From: Oligoflexus sp.
GTDB lineage: Bacteria > Bdellovibrionota_B > Oligoflexia > Oligoflexales > Oligoflexaceae
NCBI GenBank assembly: GCA_041736305.1
Contig: JBGSTX010000041.1
Span: forward strand, 1-28,312
Direction of reading: 5' to 3'
DNA length: 28,312 bases
Below, piece by piece: positions 1 through 7,736 of the stretch (its first letter is position 1; each line of letters starts with the position of its first letter). The translations under genes were made by a program, and so were the position numbers. The notes under the pieces are model-generated. The model made no database searches. It worked only from the letters and a program-made list of their open reading frames with translations, and was not told the origin of the DNA.

Positions 1-141
1 AGTATCCCAAGGTGCCTATGTCATTCACCAGTAACGTAGCCCTGTCGCCAGGACTGAGACTAATCAATCAAGAGCTTGGAAATTTGCTTCCTCCTTTCCA
101 AGCCCTACCCATACCCTTCAGGGTTGGGTGGGGTGATTGAC
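1..141 (-). ncRNA. 5' part of a HEARO/omegaRNA-like structured RNA scaffold (OMEGA IscB/IsrB type), truncated by the window edge
   Basis: Minus strand from 141 reads GTCAATCACCCCACCC-AACCCTGAAGGGT-ATGGGTAGGGCTTG...CAAGCTC-TTGATTGATTAGTCTCAG-TCCTGGCGACAGGG-CTACGTTACTGGTGAATGACATAGGCACCTTGGGATACT. This follows the motif order I recognise for omegaRNAs: GTCAA..CCCC..GGGCTTG..CAAGC..TTGA.TAG..CTCAG..CTACGTT..ATAGGCACC. Nested stems are visible at 134-141/63-70, 95-103/74-82, 104-133, and a GCGA-tetraloop hairpin at 38-55. Confidence 0.82.
1..141 (-). mobile_element. End of a putative IS200/IS605-superfamily (IscB/IsrB) element continuing left of the window
   Basis: omegaRNA scaffolds begin at the element boundary (GTCAA, here at 141). 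The nuclease ORF would lie downstream on the minus strand, outside this window, and is not seen. Confidence 0.6.
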
Positions 142-219
142 TGCAGACCTTGAGAAGAGCTACTTTCCTGGGTAGAACCAAAAGATTAACGAAAAGCTCA
201 ACCGAAGCCAGGAGTAAAA

Positions 220-1509
220 ATGCGTATCGACTTTGTCGCACTCATGCTGCTTGCCAGTCTTACCCACGTCGCTTGCAAAGAGGAAAGCAGCAGCGATCCT
301 ATAGCTGATGATACTCACCATCCTTCGGTTCAAACTCCGGTCGAGTCACCGGTAGTAGTACCGGTGGTCGCGCAGTCAAGCGCTCCAGAAGCTGCAACTG
401 AGCAACCTTCTACGACTACGTCGACGGAAACTCAACCTATCCCAGTGTCGCAGCCCGTGCCACTGGATCTTCCAACGGCGGGAGAATCTTCAGTGGTGTC
501 CGGGACCACTCCTGTACCCACTCAGCCAACTACTCCTGGTGATATATCTCTTGCCGAGCAGCCTGTAGCAACTCAGCCTGTAGTAACGCAGCCGGTAGCA
601 ACGCAGCCGGTAGCAACGCAGCCGGTACCAAGCACCCCACTTCCACCAGAAGCCGAATCCTCGTCGACGGCGGCAGAGCCAAGCCCTACGGCTTTGCTCG
701 CAGTTTTCGGTGACAGTATTTCAACCGGTATACTAGCCGATACTCGACTAGGGCGTGGTATAGGTTCACGTGCAGGGGAGATCGTCGCCAAAATGTTTTC
801 TGGCGATGTGACGAGTCGCTTGGAAGCTCAGAGAGCCCTGGCTCGTCCAGAGGTGGCTGCTGTAAGCACGATGGAACCCTACGGTCTGCGAAGCAGCGTT
901 GCGCGTAAAAAGGGACTGAGCGTCGATCAGGTCGACTTCGTGAACCTCGCACAGTTTGGAGCTGTCTCAGGAGAAATTCCACTCATGCTCGACCAGTTAA
1001 AAACAGTCGAAGGTAATCTTGGAAAAAAAGCGGATGTCATCTTCATGATGCTCGGCAGCAACGATTTCTGCAGCGATAGCTCAATTGATGATTTTCGATC
1101 GAGCTACGAGAGCGGACTGGCTTATCTTCTTAAAGAACATCCCGAAGCTCATTACATTCTGACCCCGATTCCCGGCATCGATCAGCTAGCCCCCATTGAC
1201 TATACCTACATTCCAGCCTTTCCCGGAACCTCAGGGGCTATACTTAGCTGCAACACGCTGCACAAAGACTATTGCCCCCGCGTCAACGCACCTGATGCTG
1301 CAGAGCGCCTGCAAAGCATGAACGTCGTGATACTCGAAGCGGCAGAAAAAATGAAGGCACTGGTAGGCGCAGAACGCGTCACGAGTGTAACGAGGCTCAT
1401 AGACTGGCAAATTCAACGAGATCAGCTCTCTTTCGACTGTTTTCATCCCAGTGCAGACGGGCAGAGGGCCTTGGGAGAACTGATCGGCGAAGCCTTACTC
1501 GCTCCCTAA
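220..1509 (+). CDS. SGNH/GDSL hydrolase lipoprotein with long Pro/Thr/Ser-rich N-terminal stalk
   Basis: RBS AGGAG before the ATG; signal peptide with lipobox-like HVAC; block I VFGDSIS, block II AQFGA, block III LGSND, block V DCFHP. Confidence 0.9.
   Translation: MRIDFVALMLLASLTHVACKEESSSDPIADDTHHPSVQTPVESPVVVPVVAQSSAPEAATEQPSTTTSTETQPIPVSQPVPLDLPTAGESSVVSGTTPVPTQPTTPGDISLAEQPVATQPVVTQPVATQPVATQPVPSTPLPPEAESSSTAAEPSPTALLAVFGDSISTGILADTRLGRGIGSRAGEIVAKMFSGDVTSRLEAQRALARPEVAAVSTMEPYGLRSSVARKKGLSVDQVDFVNLAQFGAVSGEIPLMLDQLKTVEGNLGKKADVIFMMLGSNDFCSDSSIDDFRSSYESGLAYLLKEHPEAHYILTPIPGIDQLAPIDYTYIPAFPGTSGAILSCNTLHKDYCPRVNAPDAAERLQSMNVVILEAAEKMKALVGAERVTSVTRLIDWQIQRDQLSFDCFHPSADGQRALGELIGEALLAP
559..633 (+). 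repeat. In-frame 15-bp tandem repeat x5 encoding QPVAT-like units
   Basis: cagcctgtagcaact/cagcctgtagtaacg/cagccggtagcaacg/cagccggtagcaacg/cagccggtaccaagc. Confidence 0.95.
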
Positions 1510-1510
1510 C

Positions 1511-2281
1511 TTAGGCTTTTTTCCTGGCGGCGACCATATAGGATACGCCCCAGGGAATAGGCAGGCCGCTGAGTTGTAACGACCACTCGGCATAGGTAAA
1601 CAAGCGCAAAAAGCCATTGACCCAGCCCGGAAGCGGACGATGATCGGCACCTTCCTCAGCAGACGTACTGACGCGATCACGACCCCAGCGCCAGCGATCG
1701 CGAAGGCTGAGCAAGGCAGCGAAAGGAAAACCCCAGGCTAAGAGATGCGAGCGAAAAACCAGCTCGTAGCCTTCCGCTTCAAGCATTTTTTTCATATCGC
1801 TGGGCAGGAATCGTCGGCCAGCTGCTGTTTGCCGGTCGTGCTGTCTCCAGAGGAAGGGATAGGCCGGCTCGTTCCAGATTAGAATAGATCCAGGACTCTG
1901 CACAGCAGCCAGGGTTCTGAGCGCGAGCGCAGGATCGCTGACGTTCTGGTGATAGAGCACGCAAAGCATAACAGCGATATCGAAGCTGCCTAAATCGAGT
2001 TCACGAAGCTTTTCGATGGCTCCCGGCACGACTTTCAAATCGGGAAAGCGTTCCTCAGCTAGCGAGCGCGCAAGAGCTGAAGGCTCAATTCCAACTACCT
2101 CACCAAAATCTCGCAAGGCCGCAGTACTGCCCCCTGTTCCACAGCCGACATCGATGAGCCGCAGCCGCTCTCGCTGAGGCGCGAACTTCCGGATAAGGGT
2201 CTTAACGGCCTGCAGTCTGGCACGATAATACCAGCCTTTTTCTTCCTGCTCTGCGAGTGCTTGATAGGCAGCAGCTTCCAT
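1511..2281 (-). CDS. Class I SAM-dependent methyltransferase (glycan-cluster type)
   Basis: Motif I LIDVGCGTG, VGIE, FDIAVMLCVLYH; N-terminal E..W.Y.AR and PAY.FLW..HD motifs typical of this subfamily; starts immediately after the epimerase stop. Confidence 0.9.
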   Translation of the reverse strand: MEAAAYQALAEQEEKGWYYRARLQAVKTLIRKFAPQRERLRLIDVGCGTGGSTAALRDFGEVVGIEPSALARSLAEERFPDLKVVPGAIEKLRELDLGSFDIAVMLCVLYHQNVSDPALALRTLAAVQSPGSILIWNEPAYPFLWRQHDRQTAAGRRFLPSDMKKMLEAEGYELVFRSHLLAWGFPFAALLSLRDRWRWGRDRVSTSAEEGADHRPLPGWVNGFLRLFTYAEWSLQLSGLPIPWGVSYMVAARKKA

Positions 2282-3280
2282 TCAGTTAACCCTAGCAGTA
2301 GTGGAAATGTACTCATGGAGGTTGGATCGATAGAAAGCCACGGTCTCGCGGAGCCCTTCCTCGAGACTCACGCGAGGACGCCAGCCGGTGGCTTCCTCGA
2401 ACTCCTTATAGCTTCCGTAGTAGTCGCCTATGTCGATAGACTTTCTTTCCGCAGGGAAAGGGATGGTCTCCAGTTGGAATTTCAGATCGTGGCTGAGAAG
2501 AGTCGCAAACTCTTTGAGGCTATGCGACTGATGATGGCCGAGATTGTAGGTTCGTCCCGAGAGCCGACTGAGAGCCGCCTTCTCCAGGGCATGGACGACG
2601 TCGGTGATATAGTTGAAGTCTCGCAGCTGTTCGCCATCTCCATAAAGCTGTATCGTCTCACCAAGCAAACCTTTTCTCAGAAATATCCCAGCAAAACCCT
2701 TGTCATTACTCATCAGGTCCATACGGGGCCCATAAGTGTTGGTGAGGCGCAACGCGATCGACTGCAGCCCATAGACCTGATGATAGAGCTGGAAATACTG
2801 CTCAGCAGCCCACTTGTGGATGCCGTTGATATCGACCGGCTCGATAGGATGCGCCTCGTCGACTGGAAGATAGCGCGGTTTACCGTATACCTGCCGCGTG
2901 CTAGTGAGAATGAGGCGCGCCTTAGGATTGTGCTTTCGGCAGCTCTCGAGCAGATTGAGGTGACCACGGCAATTGATTTCAAGATCATTGATCGGATGCC
3001 GCATGCTATCGATATGGCTCAATTGCCCGGCCAGGCAGAAGATGAAATCTTGACCCGAGACAAGGTAATCGAGACTGTAGGGTTCACGGATATCAGAATA
3101 GTTAACGTGCACCCGATCTTTTATATCTTCAATGTTGAAAAGTCGGGCTCCATAGTTAGGAATCATCGCATCGATGAGAGTGACTTTAGCTCCAGCTTCG
3201 ACCAGGTGAAGAGCAAGGTTGCTCCCGATAAATCCCAGTCCGCCGGTTATCATAACTTTCGCGTTCTTAAAGTTTTCCAT
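2282..3280 (-). CDS. NAD-dependent epimerase/dehydratase (extended SDR)
   Basis: ITGGLGFIGS Rossmann motif, STRQVYG, NGIHK in place of YxxxK, NTYGPR, RDFNY. Confidence 0.93.
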   Translation of the reverse strand: MENFKNAKVMITGGLGFIGSNLALHLVEAGAKVTLIDAMIPNYGARLFNIEDIKDRVHVNYSDIREPYSLDYLVSGQDFIFCLAGQLSHIDSMRHPINDLEINCRGHLNLLESCRKHNPKARLILTSTRQVYGKPRYLPVDEAHPIEPVDINGIHKWAAEQYFQLYHQVYGLQSIALRLTNTYGPRMDLMSNDKGFAGIFLRKGLLGETIQLYGDGEQLRDFNYITDVVHALEKAALSRLSGRTYNLGHHQSHSLKEFATLLSHDLKFQLETIPFPAERKSIDIGDYYGSYKEFEEATGWRPRVSLEEGLRETVAFYRSNLHEYISTTARVN

Positions 3281-4277
3281 CTGCTTCCTCTCTGTCGAGA
3301 CTAGGGATAGACCTCAGGGGCTCTGGCGACCGATGGCCCGCTGTGTCTAGCGAACCATAGGCGTAGCGCACGACAAACTGCGGCATGCCCGAGTGGTCGA
3401 GAAAGAGGCGTCCGAGGTATTCGCCCACGAGACCAATATTGAGCAATTGAACGCCGGCGAAGAAAGTCATCACCACGAGGATAGTCGGCACCCCTAGAGT
3501 CAGGCCGGGGTTGAAAAATTTATCGATGATGACCAAGATGATCAATGGAATCGTCGCCAGTGCGGTGATGAGGCCAAAAATTGCGGCCAGACGCAGAGGT
3601 CCGATCGAAAAGTTGAGAAACATATTCATCCAAAGACTGACGAGCTTCTTGAATGTATAGCCCGATTGTCCTTCGACCCTCTTCTTATGCTGAACGCTAA
3701 TCTGCGAAATATTTTGGGTAGTACGGAAGATGAGTCCGTCGATGTAGGGAAAAGCCCCATGGTATCGAATCACTTGATCGACGACGAATCTACTCATGAC
3801 CTTGAAACTAGAAAGGTAGATATGCGGAGGCTTCTTCAGCATCACATTAGCGACTCGATCGTTGAAGCGGGAGCCTAGATTTCGGAACCAGTGATGCTGC
3901 TTTTGTTCATAGTACCCATAGACAGTATCGTAGCCTCCCGCCAGACTGTGCTGGTAGAGACGAAGAGCTTCAGAAGGTGGGTTCTGGCCATCGTCGTCGA
4001 GTACAGCCACATAGTGGCCACGGCTCTGGTTGAGCCCCGCGAGCACAGCATTATGCTCGCTGAAGTTGCGCGATAGATGCAGGTAGGTCAGACGCGATGG
4101 AAACGCATCCGCCAAGCCGCGGCAGACTTTCTCAGTAGCATCCTTCGAACCATCGTTGACCAAAATGATTTCAAAATCGATTGCCTTGCAAGCATCGACG
4201 ATGTCCTGGACCACCCCACCGATACTCGAGGCTCCATTATAGACGGGAATGACCAAACTGAGATCAGGACGTTTCAT
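3267..4277 (-). CDS. GT2 glycosyltransferase, ArnC/GtrB-like polyprenyl-phosphate sugar transferase
   Basis: Start chosen at ATG 4277 (MKRPDLSLVIPVYN), overlapping the upstream gene end; VNDGSKD, LSRNF, LDDDGQNPP; two C-terminal TM helices followed by GEYLGR. Confidence 0.92.
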   Translation of the reverse strand: MKRPDLSLVIPVYNGASSIGGVVQDIVDACKAIDFEIILVNDGSKDATEKVCRGLADAFPSRLTYLHLSRNFSEHNAVLAGLNQSRGHYVAVLDDDGQNPPSEALRLYQHSLAGGYDTVYGYYEQKQHHWFRNLGSRFNDRVANVMLKKPPHIYLSSFKVMSRFVVDQVIRYHGAFPYIDGLIFRTTQNISQISVQHKKRVEGQSGYTFKKLVSLWMNMFLNFSIGPLRLAAIFGLITALATIPLIILVIIDKFFNPGLTLGVPTILVVMTFFAGVQLLNIGLVGEYLGRLFLDHSGMPQFVVRYAYGSLDTAGHRSPEPLRSIPSLDREEADGKL

Positions 4278-5379
4278 TAAAGTCAACCTCGTTAAGACTG
4301 GATATGACAGTCGACTGTTCTTCTTCGCTGAGCTCCGGAAAGAGAGGCAGTGAAAGTAGTTCTTCTGCGGCCTTTTCGGCGACAGGCAGATCACCTAAAC
4401 CGTAGCCAAGGTCGGCGTAGGCAGGCATGAGGTGAACCGGACGCGCGTAGTGGATGCCGGTGAGAATACCGCGCTGCGCGAGCTTTTCCTTGAGCAGCTG
4501 GCGTCTGGAGCTCCGGATGGCAAAGATATGGAAAGCATGGGTTCGATCTGGCTTGAGAGTAGGTAAGCGGTAGCGATTCCTATCCAGTTCGGCGAGATAG
4601 CGATGCGCGATGGCGAGACGCTTTTGCATATGACCGGCGAAGTGCTGTAATTTGAAACGCAAAATAGCTGCTTGCATTTCGTCGAGGCGGCTGTTGAAGC
4701 CATCGATCACTGCCTCAGCTTTCTCGTTGAACCCATACATGCGTAGCTTCCGTAAGCGTTCAGCCAGCTCCTCGTGAGGGCTGGTGCAGAGCCCCCCGTC
4801 GCCGAAGGCCCCCAAATTCTTGGTGGGGTAGAAAGAAAAGCAGCCCACCATTCCGAATGTGCCCACTGCCTGCCCTCGGTAATCCGCGCCGAATGATTGG
4901 GCGCAGTCTTCGATCACGGCGATCTTTCTTTCCCTTGCGAAATTGAAGAGCTCTTCTAAATCAACGGCCAAGCCATGGAGGTGAACTGGAATGATCGCTT
5001 TAGTCCGGCTCGTGCAGGCGCGAGGTAACTCCTGCATGTTCATGAGGAGAGTATCTGGCTCGATATCGACTAAAACCGGCCGGGCTCCGCTGATACGAAT
5101 GGCAGCGAGAGTCGGCACGGCGGTATTCGGCACGGTGATGACTTCATCGCCTGGCCCGATTCCGAGCGAGCGGAGAGCGAGGACTAAAGCATCGGTACCC
5201 GAATTTACGCCGATCGCATGAGGGGCACCAATAGCCGCAGCAAACTCGCGTTCGAAGGCCTGAACTTCAGGTCCCAAAATTAATTGTCCGGAATCGAGAA
5301 CTCGTTGTATCGTAGCGAGAATCTCATTGCGGTGCTCATTCCACTGTCGACGGTAGTCAAAAAAGGGAATCACGATCAT
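4264..5379 (-). CDS. DegT/DnrJ/EryC1/StrS PLP-dependent sugar aminotransferase
   Basis: VNSGTDAL, GDEVIT, IEDCAQS, FSFYPTKNLGAFGDGG (catalytic Lys), NSRLDEMQAA. GTG at 5373, with GAGG 7 nt upstream, is a plausible alternative start. Confidence 0.95.
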   Translation of the reverse strand: MIVIPFFDYRRQWNEHRNEILATIQRVLDSGQLILGPEVQAFEREFAAAIGAPHAIGVNSGTDALVLALRSLGIGPGDEVITVPNTAVPTLAAIRISGARPVLVDIEPDTLLMNMQELPRACTSRTKAIIPVHLHGLAVDLEELFNFARERKIAVIEDCAQSFGADYRGQAVGTFGMVGCFSFYPTKNLGAFGDGGLCTSPHEELAERLRKLRMYGFNEKAEAVIDGFNSRLDEMQAAILRFKLQHFAGHMQKRLAIAHRYLAELDRNRYRLPTLKPDRTHAFHIFAIRSSRRQLLKEKLAQRGILTGIHYARPVHLMPAYADLGYGLGDLPVAEKAAEELLSLPLFPELSEEEQSTVISSLNEVDFNETS

Positions 5380-6514
5380 GCCTCATTTCCGAGAGGTGCA
5401 AAAAAATCATCCCTACCTAGCTAGCTTCCTCTCGCTTAGTCTCATTTTCCTCGGCCTAGCTCTGGCTCATTTTGCACTCTGGTTCCTGCTACTCCGCCAA
5501 AGTCCAGATCGGAGCTGGTTCAGTTTGCTCAGTGCTTGGGACGCTGGCTGGTATCTGCGTGTCGCAAGTGAAGGCTACGATGCTGCCAGCTCGGCCTTTT
5601 TACCCCTCTATCCTGCACTCATTCGCGGAACTGCTGCACTCTTTTCTTGGTCGAGCCGCGAAGCCTATCTTGGAATCGGGATCGTCCTTTCCTTTCTCTT
5701 ATTCTTCGGCGCTCTCTACGCCCTCGTGCGCTTAGGAAGCGAAGGGGAAAATGTGCGTGAGTTGCCTCTTTCCAGCAGGCTGCCGACCCTCTGGGGTCTA
5801 ATCCTTTTAATCGCTAGTCCAGCTTCCTATGTTTTTCATACTTTGCATACAGAGTCACTGTTTCTCTTCTCTTCGGTCCTGGCCTTTCTGGCTCTATCAC
5901 GCAATAGGCTCTTCGCAGCGGCAGCCTGGGCTGGAGTCGCCGCTTTAGTGCGGCATCAAGGCGTTTTTCTGGCAATTGGAATAGCCGTCGGATTGGCGAT
6001 AAAAGCCGATGGTCGGTCTCAGAGCTTGCGTCGGTTTGTTAGTTCAGGACTTATTAGTGCTAGCTTTTGGGCTCTTACGCCGCTTTTACATCTATGGCAG
6101 GGAAGGAGTGCTTTTCCAGCATTGGATGCCCACAACGAGAATTGGTTTGTTGCCGACGGTCTCGGGGCTTACTTTAAAACATTCGTGTTCGCTAATCCCA
6201 TCCAAAATCTTCGGCCTGGTAGCATTCTCCACCATCTATTCTTCTTCGCGCTTGTGGCTGGGACTGTGCTTCTCTTACGACGGCGTCGCTGGGCTGAGGG
6301 TACTTACGTGCTTTTGAGTTTAGCGGTACTGCCCATGCAGGGCGAATTGGTCGATTCCTTCCGCTTCGGAGCCGTCCTCTTTCCCCTTTTCTTTTTGGCT
6401 GGCGAGTATGCTCTTAAGCTTCAGGCTAAGTGGCGTTGGCTAGGTCTCTTCTTCTATTTTGCGTTCAATATGCTAGTGGCTTGGCAGTATGGAAATCAAC
6501 GCTGGGCCTACTGA
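5378..6514 (+). CDS. Multi-pass GT-C membrane glycosyltransferase (PIG-V/mannosyltransferase-like)
   Basis: WDAGWY..VA.EGY, AFLPLYP, HTESLF motifs; about 10 hydrophobic segments. Confidence 0.85.
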   Translation: MPHFREVQKNHPYLASFLSLSLIFLGLALAHFALWFLLLRQSPDRSWFSLLSAWDAGWYLRVASEGYDAASSAFLPLYPALIRGTAALFSWSSREAYLGIGIVLSFLLFFGALYALVRLGSEGENVRELPLSSRLPTLWGLILLIASPASYVFHTLHTESLFLFSSVLAFLALSRNRLFAAAAWAGVAALVRHQGVFLAIGIAVGLAIKADGRSQSLRRFVSSGLISASFWALTPLLHLWQGRSAFPALDAHNENWFVADGLGAYFKTFVFANPIQNLRPGSILHHLFFFALVAGTVLLLRRRRWAEGTYVLLSLAVLPMQGELVDSFRFGAVLFPLFFLAGEYALKLQAKWRWLGLFFYFAFNMLVAWQYGNQRWAY

Positions 6515-6527
6515 ATAATTTTGAGGA

Positions 6528-7529
6528 TTAGCCCAGTAAATCAACATATTTGAGAATTGAATGGCAACCTCGCACAACGGCTTCGGATGGTTTTTCGCCG
6601 ATGCGAACATCGAGACAGGTAGCAGCCTCGAGGCAATCGCGAAGAGAGGCCGTATAGGCTCCTCCCCCGCATAGCATCAAGCCGCTGGCTATGAGGTCGG
6701 CCGACAACTCGGGCGCTATTTCTTCAAGGACTTGCTTCACCATATCGACTATCTGCTCTATAGGGCGATGCAAAGCATCTTCAATACCTTCTTGCGAGAC
6801 AGTCACCGACCGCGGAAGGCGCTGCTGGCTATCGAATCCCTGCAGGGTGATAGTCGAGCCCGAGAGGGAGCCTGAGCTAATCATTTCCTTAGCAGCGCGT
6901 GCAGCGCTTAGCGATATCAAAACCCCGTATTTATTGTGGATGCTGGCCACGATCGCCTGGTCCATGCTGCATCCGCCTATGCGCAGCGAACGACCGGCGA
7001 TTATTTTTCGAAGTCCGAAGACGATAGCTTCCGTAACACCGCTACCGACATCGATGAGCATCTGACCAAAAGGCTCATCGATGGGAATGCGATGCCCAAT
7101 AGCTGCTGCCAAGGGTTCTTTGACGACTTTCACCTGCGAGGTGCCGATGGACGAGGCTACTTCGATGAAAGCCCTTTCCTCGATGGGACTCGCGCCGAGA
7201 ATAGATCCCACTATAGCCCGCCGTCGGCCTGAAAAGAATTTCCTGACTCCAGCACGTTTCGCTAATTCACGGAGGAGCAGTGAGGCGAGAAAGGGGCGTT
7301 CGATAACGCCCTCGTGCATGGGCGAGAGCACCTGGATACCTTCGGGAGCCTTGCCCATCATGGCTGCCGCTACACTTCCCACAGCAACTATCTGCGGGCG
7401 ATCGGGAGGGCCCCTAAAGGCGATGTAGGCGGGTTCACTGATTAAAATGCCTTCACTTCGGGAGCAGATAGAGAACTTTGAGGTTCCAAGATCAATGCCT
7501 ATGTCGGATTGGTACATCTTTGCAAACAT
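6528..7529 (-). CDS. mreB: Rod shape-determining actin-like protein, divergent MreB paralog
   Basis: IGIDLGT, EPLAAAIG, IDVGSGVTE, PELSADL, LCGGGA; 333 aa. Confidence 0.88.
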   Translation of the reverse strand: MFAKMYQSDIGIDLGTSKFSICSRSEGILISEPAYIAFRGPPDRPQIVAVGSVAAAMMGKAPEGIQVLSPMHEGVIERPFLASLLLRELAKRAGVRKFFSGRRRAIVGSILGASPIEERAFIEVASSIGTSQVKVVKEPLAAAIGHRIPIDEPFGQMLIDVGSGVTEAIVFGLRKIIAGRSLRIGGCSMDQAIVASIHNKYGVLISLSAARAAKEMISSGSLSGSTITLQGFDSQQRLPRSVTVSQEGIEDALHRPIEQIVDMVKQVLEEIAPELSADLIASGLMLCGGGAYTASLRDCLEAATCLDVRIGEKPSEAVVRGCHSILKYVDLLG

Positions 7530-7624
7530 CGATCTAGCCTCGCACTCTAACTTTTTTGCCTCACTTTCCAGCGTATCGGATCGTCGGTCAGTACTCCAGC
7601 TCGAACTCGGCTCGAAGCAGCCCC

Positions 7625-7731
7625 GACGCTCAAGCTGTGGAGAACTCGGCGTTTAAAATTCTCGCCTAAAGCGCGCTTAAGCCGGTCCACCCTCCAGTGC
7701 GAACGGTAGACGCTCAAGCCGTGGAGAACTC
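7625..7731. repeat. 23-bp direct repeat pair upstream of mreB
   Basis: gacgctcaagctgtggagaactc (7625-7647) and gacgctcaagccgtggagaactc (7709-7731): one mismatch, 84-bp period. Confidence 0.85.
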
Positions 7732-7736
7732 CGATC

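Noticed and set aside
2261-3304. 347-aa plus-strand ORF spanning the whole epimerase gene
   Set aside because: Antisense shadow of a clearly conserved gene, with no recognisable motifs; long antisense ORFs are common opposite such genes.
7625-7731. Possible mini-CRISPR array
   Set aside because: Only two repeats, a 61-nt gap, and no cas genes or leader.
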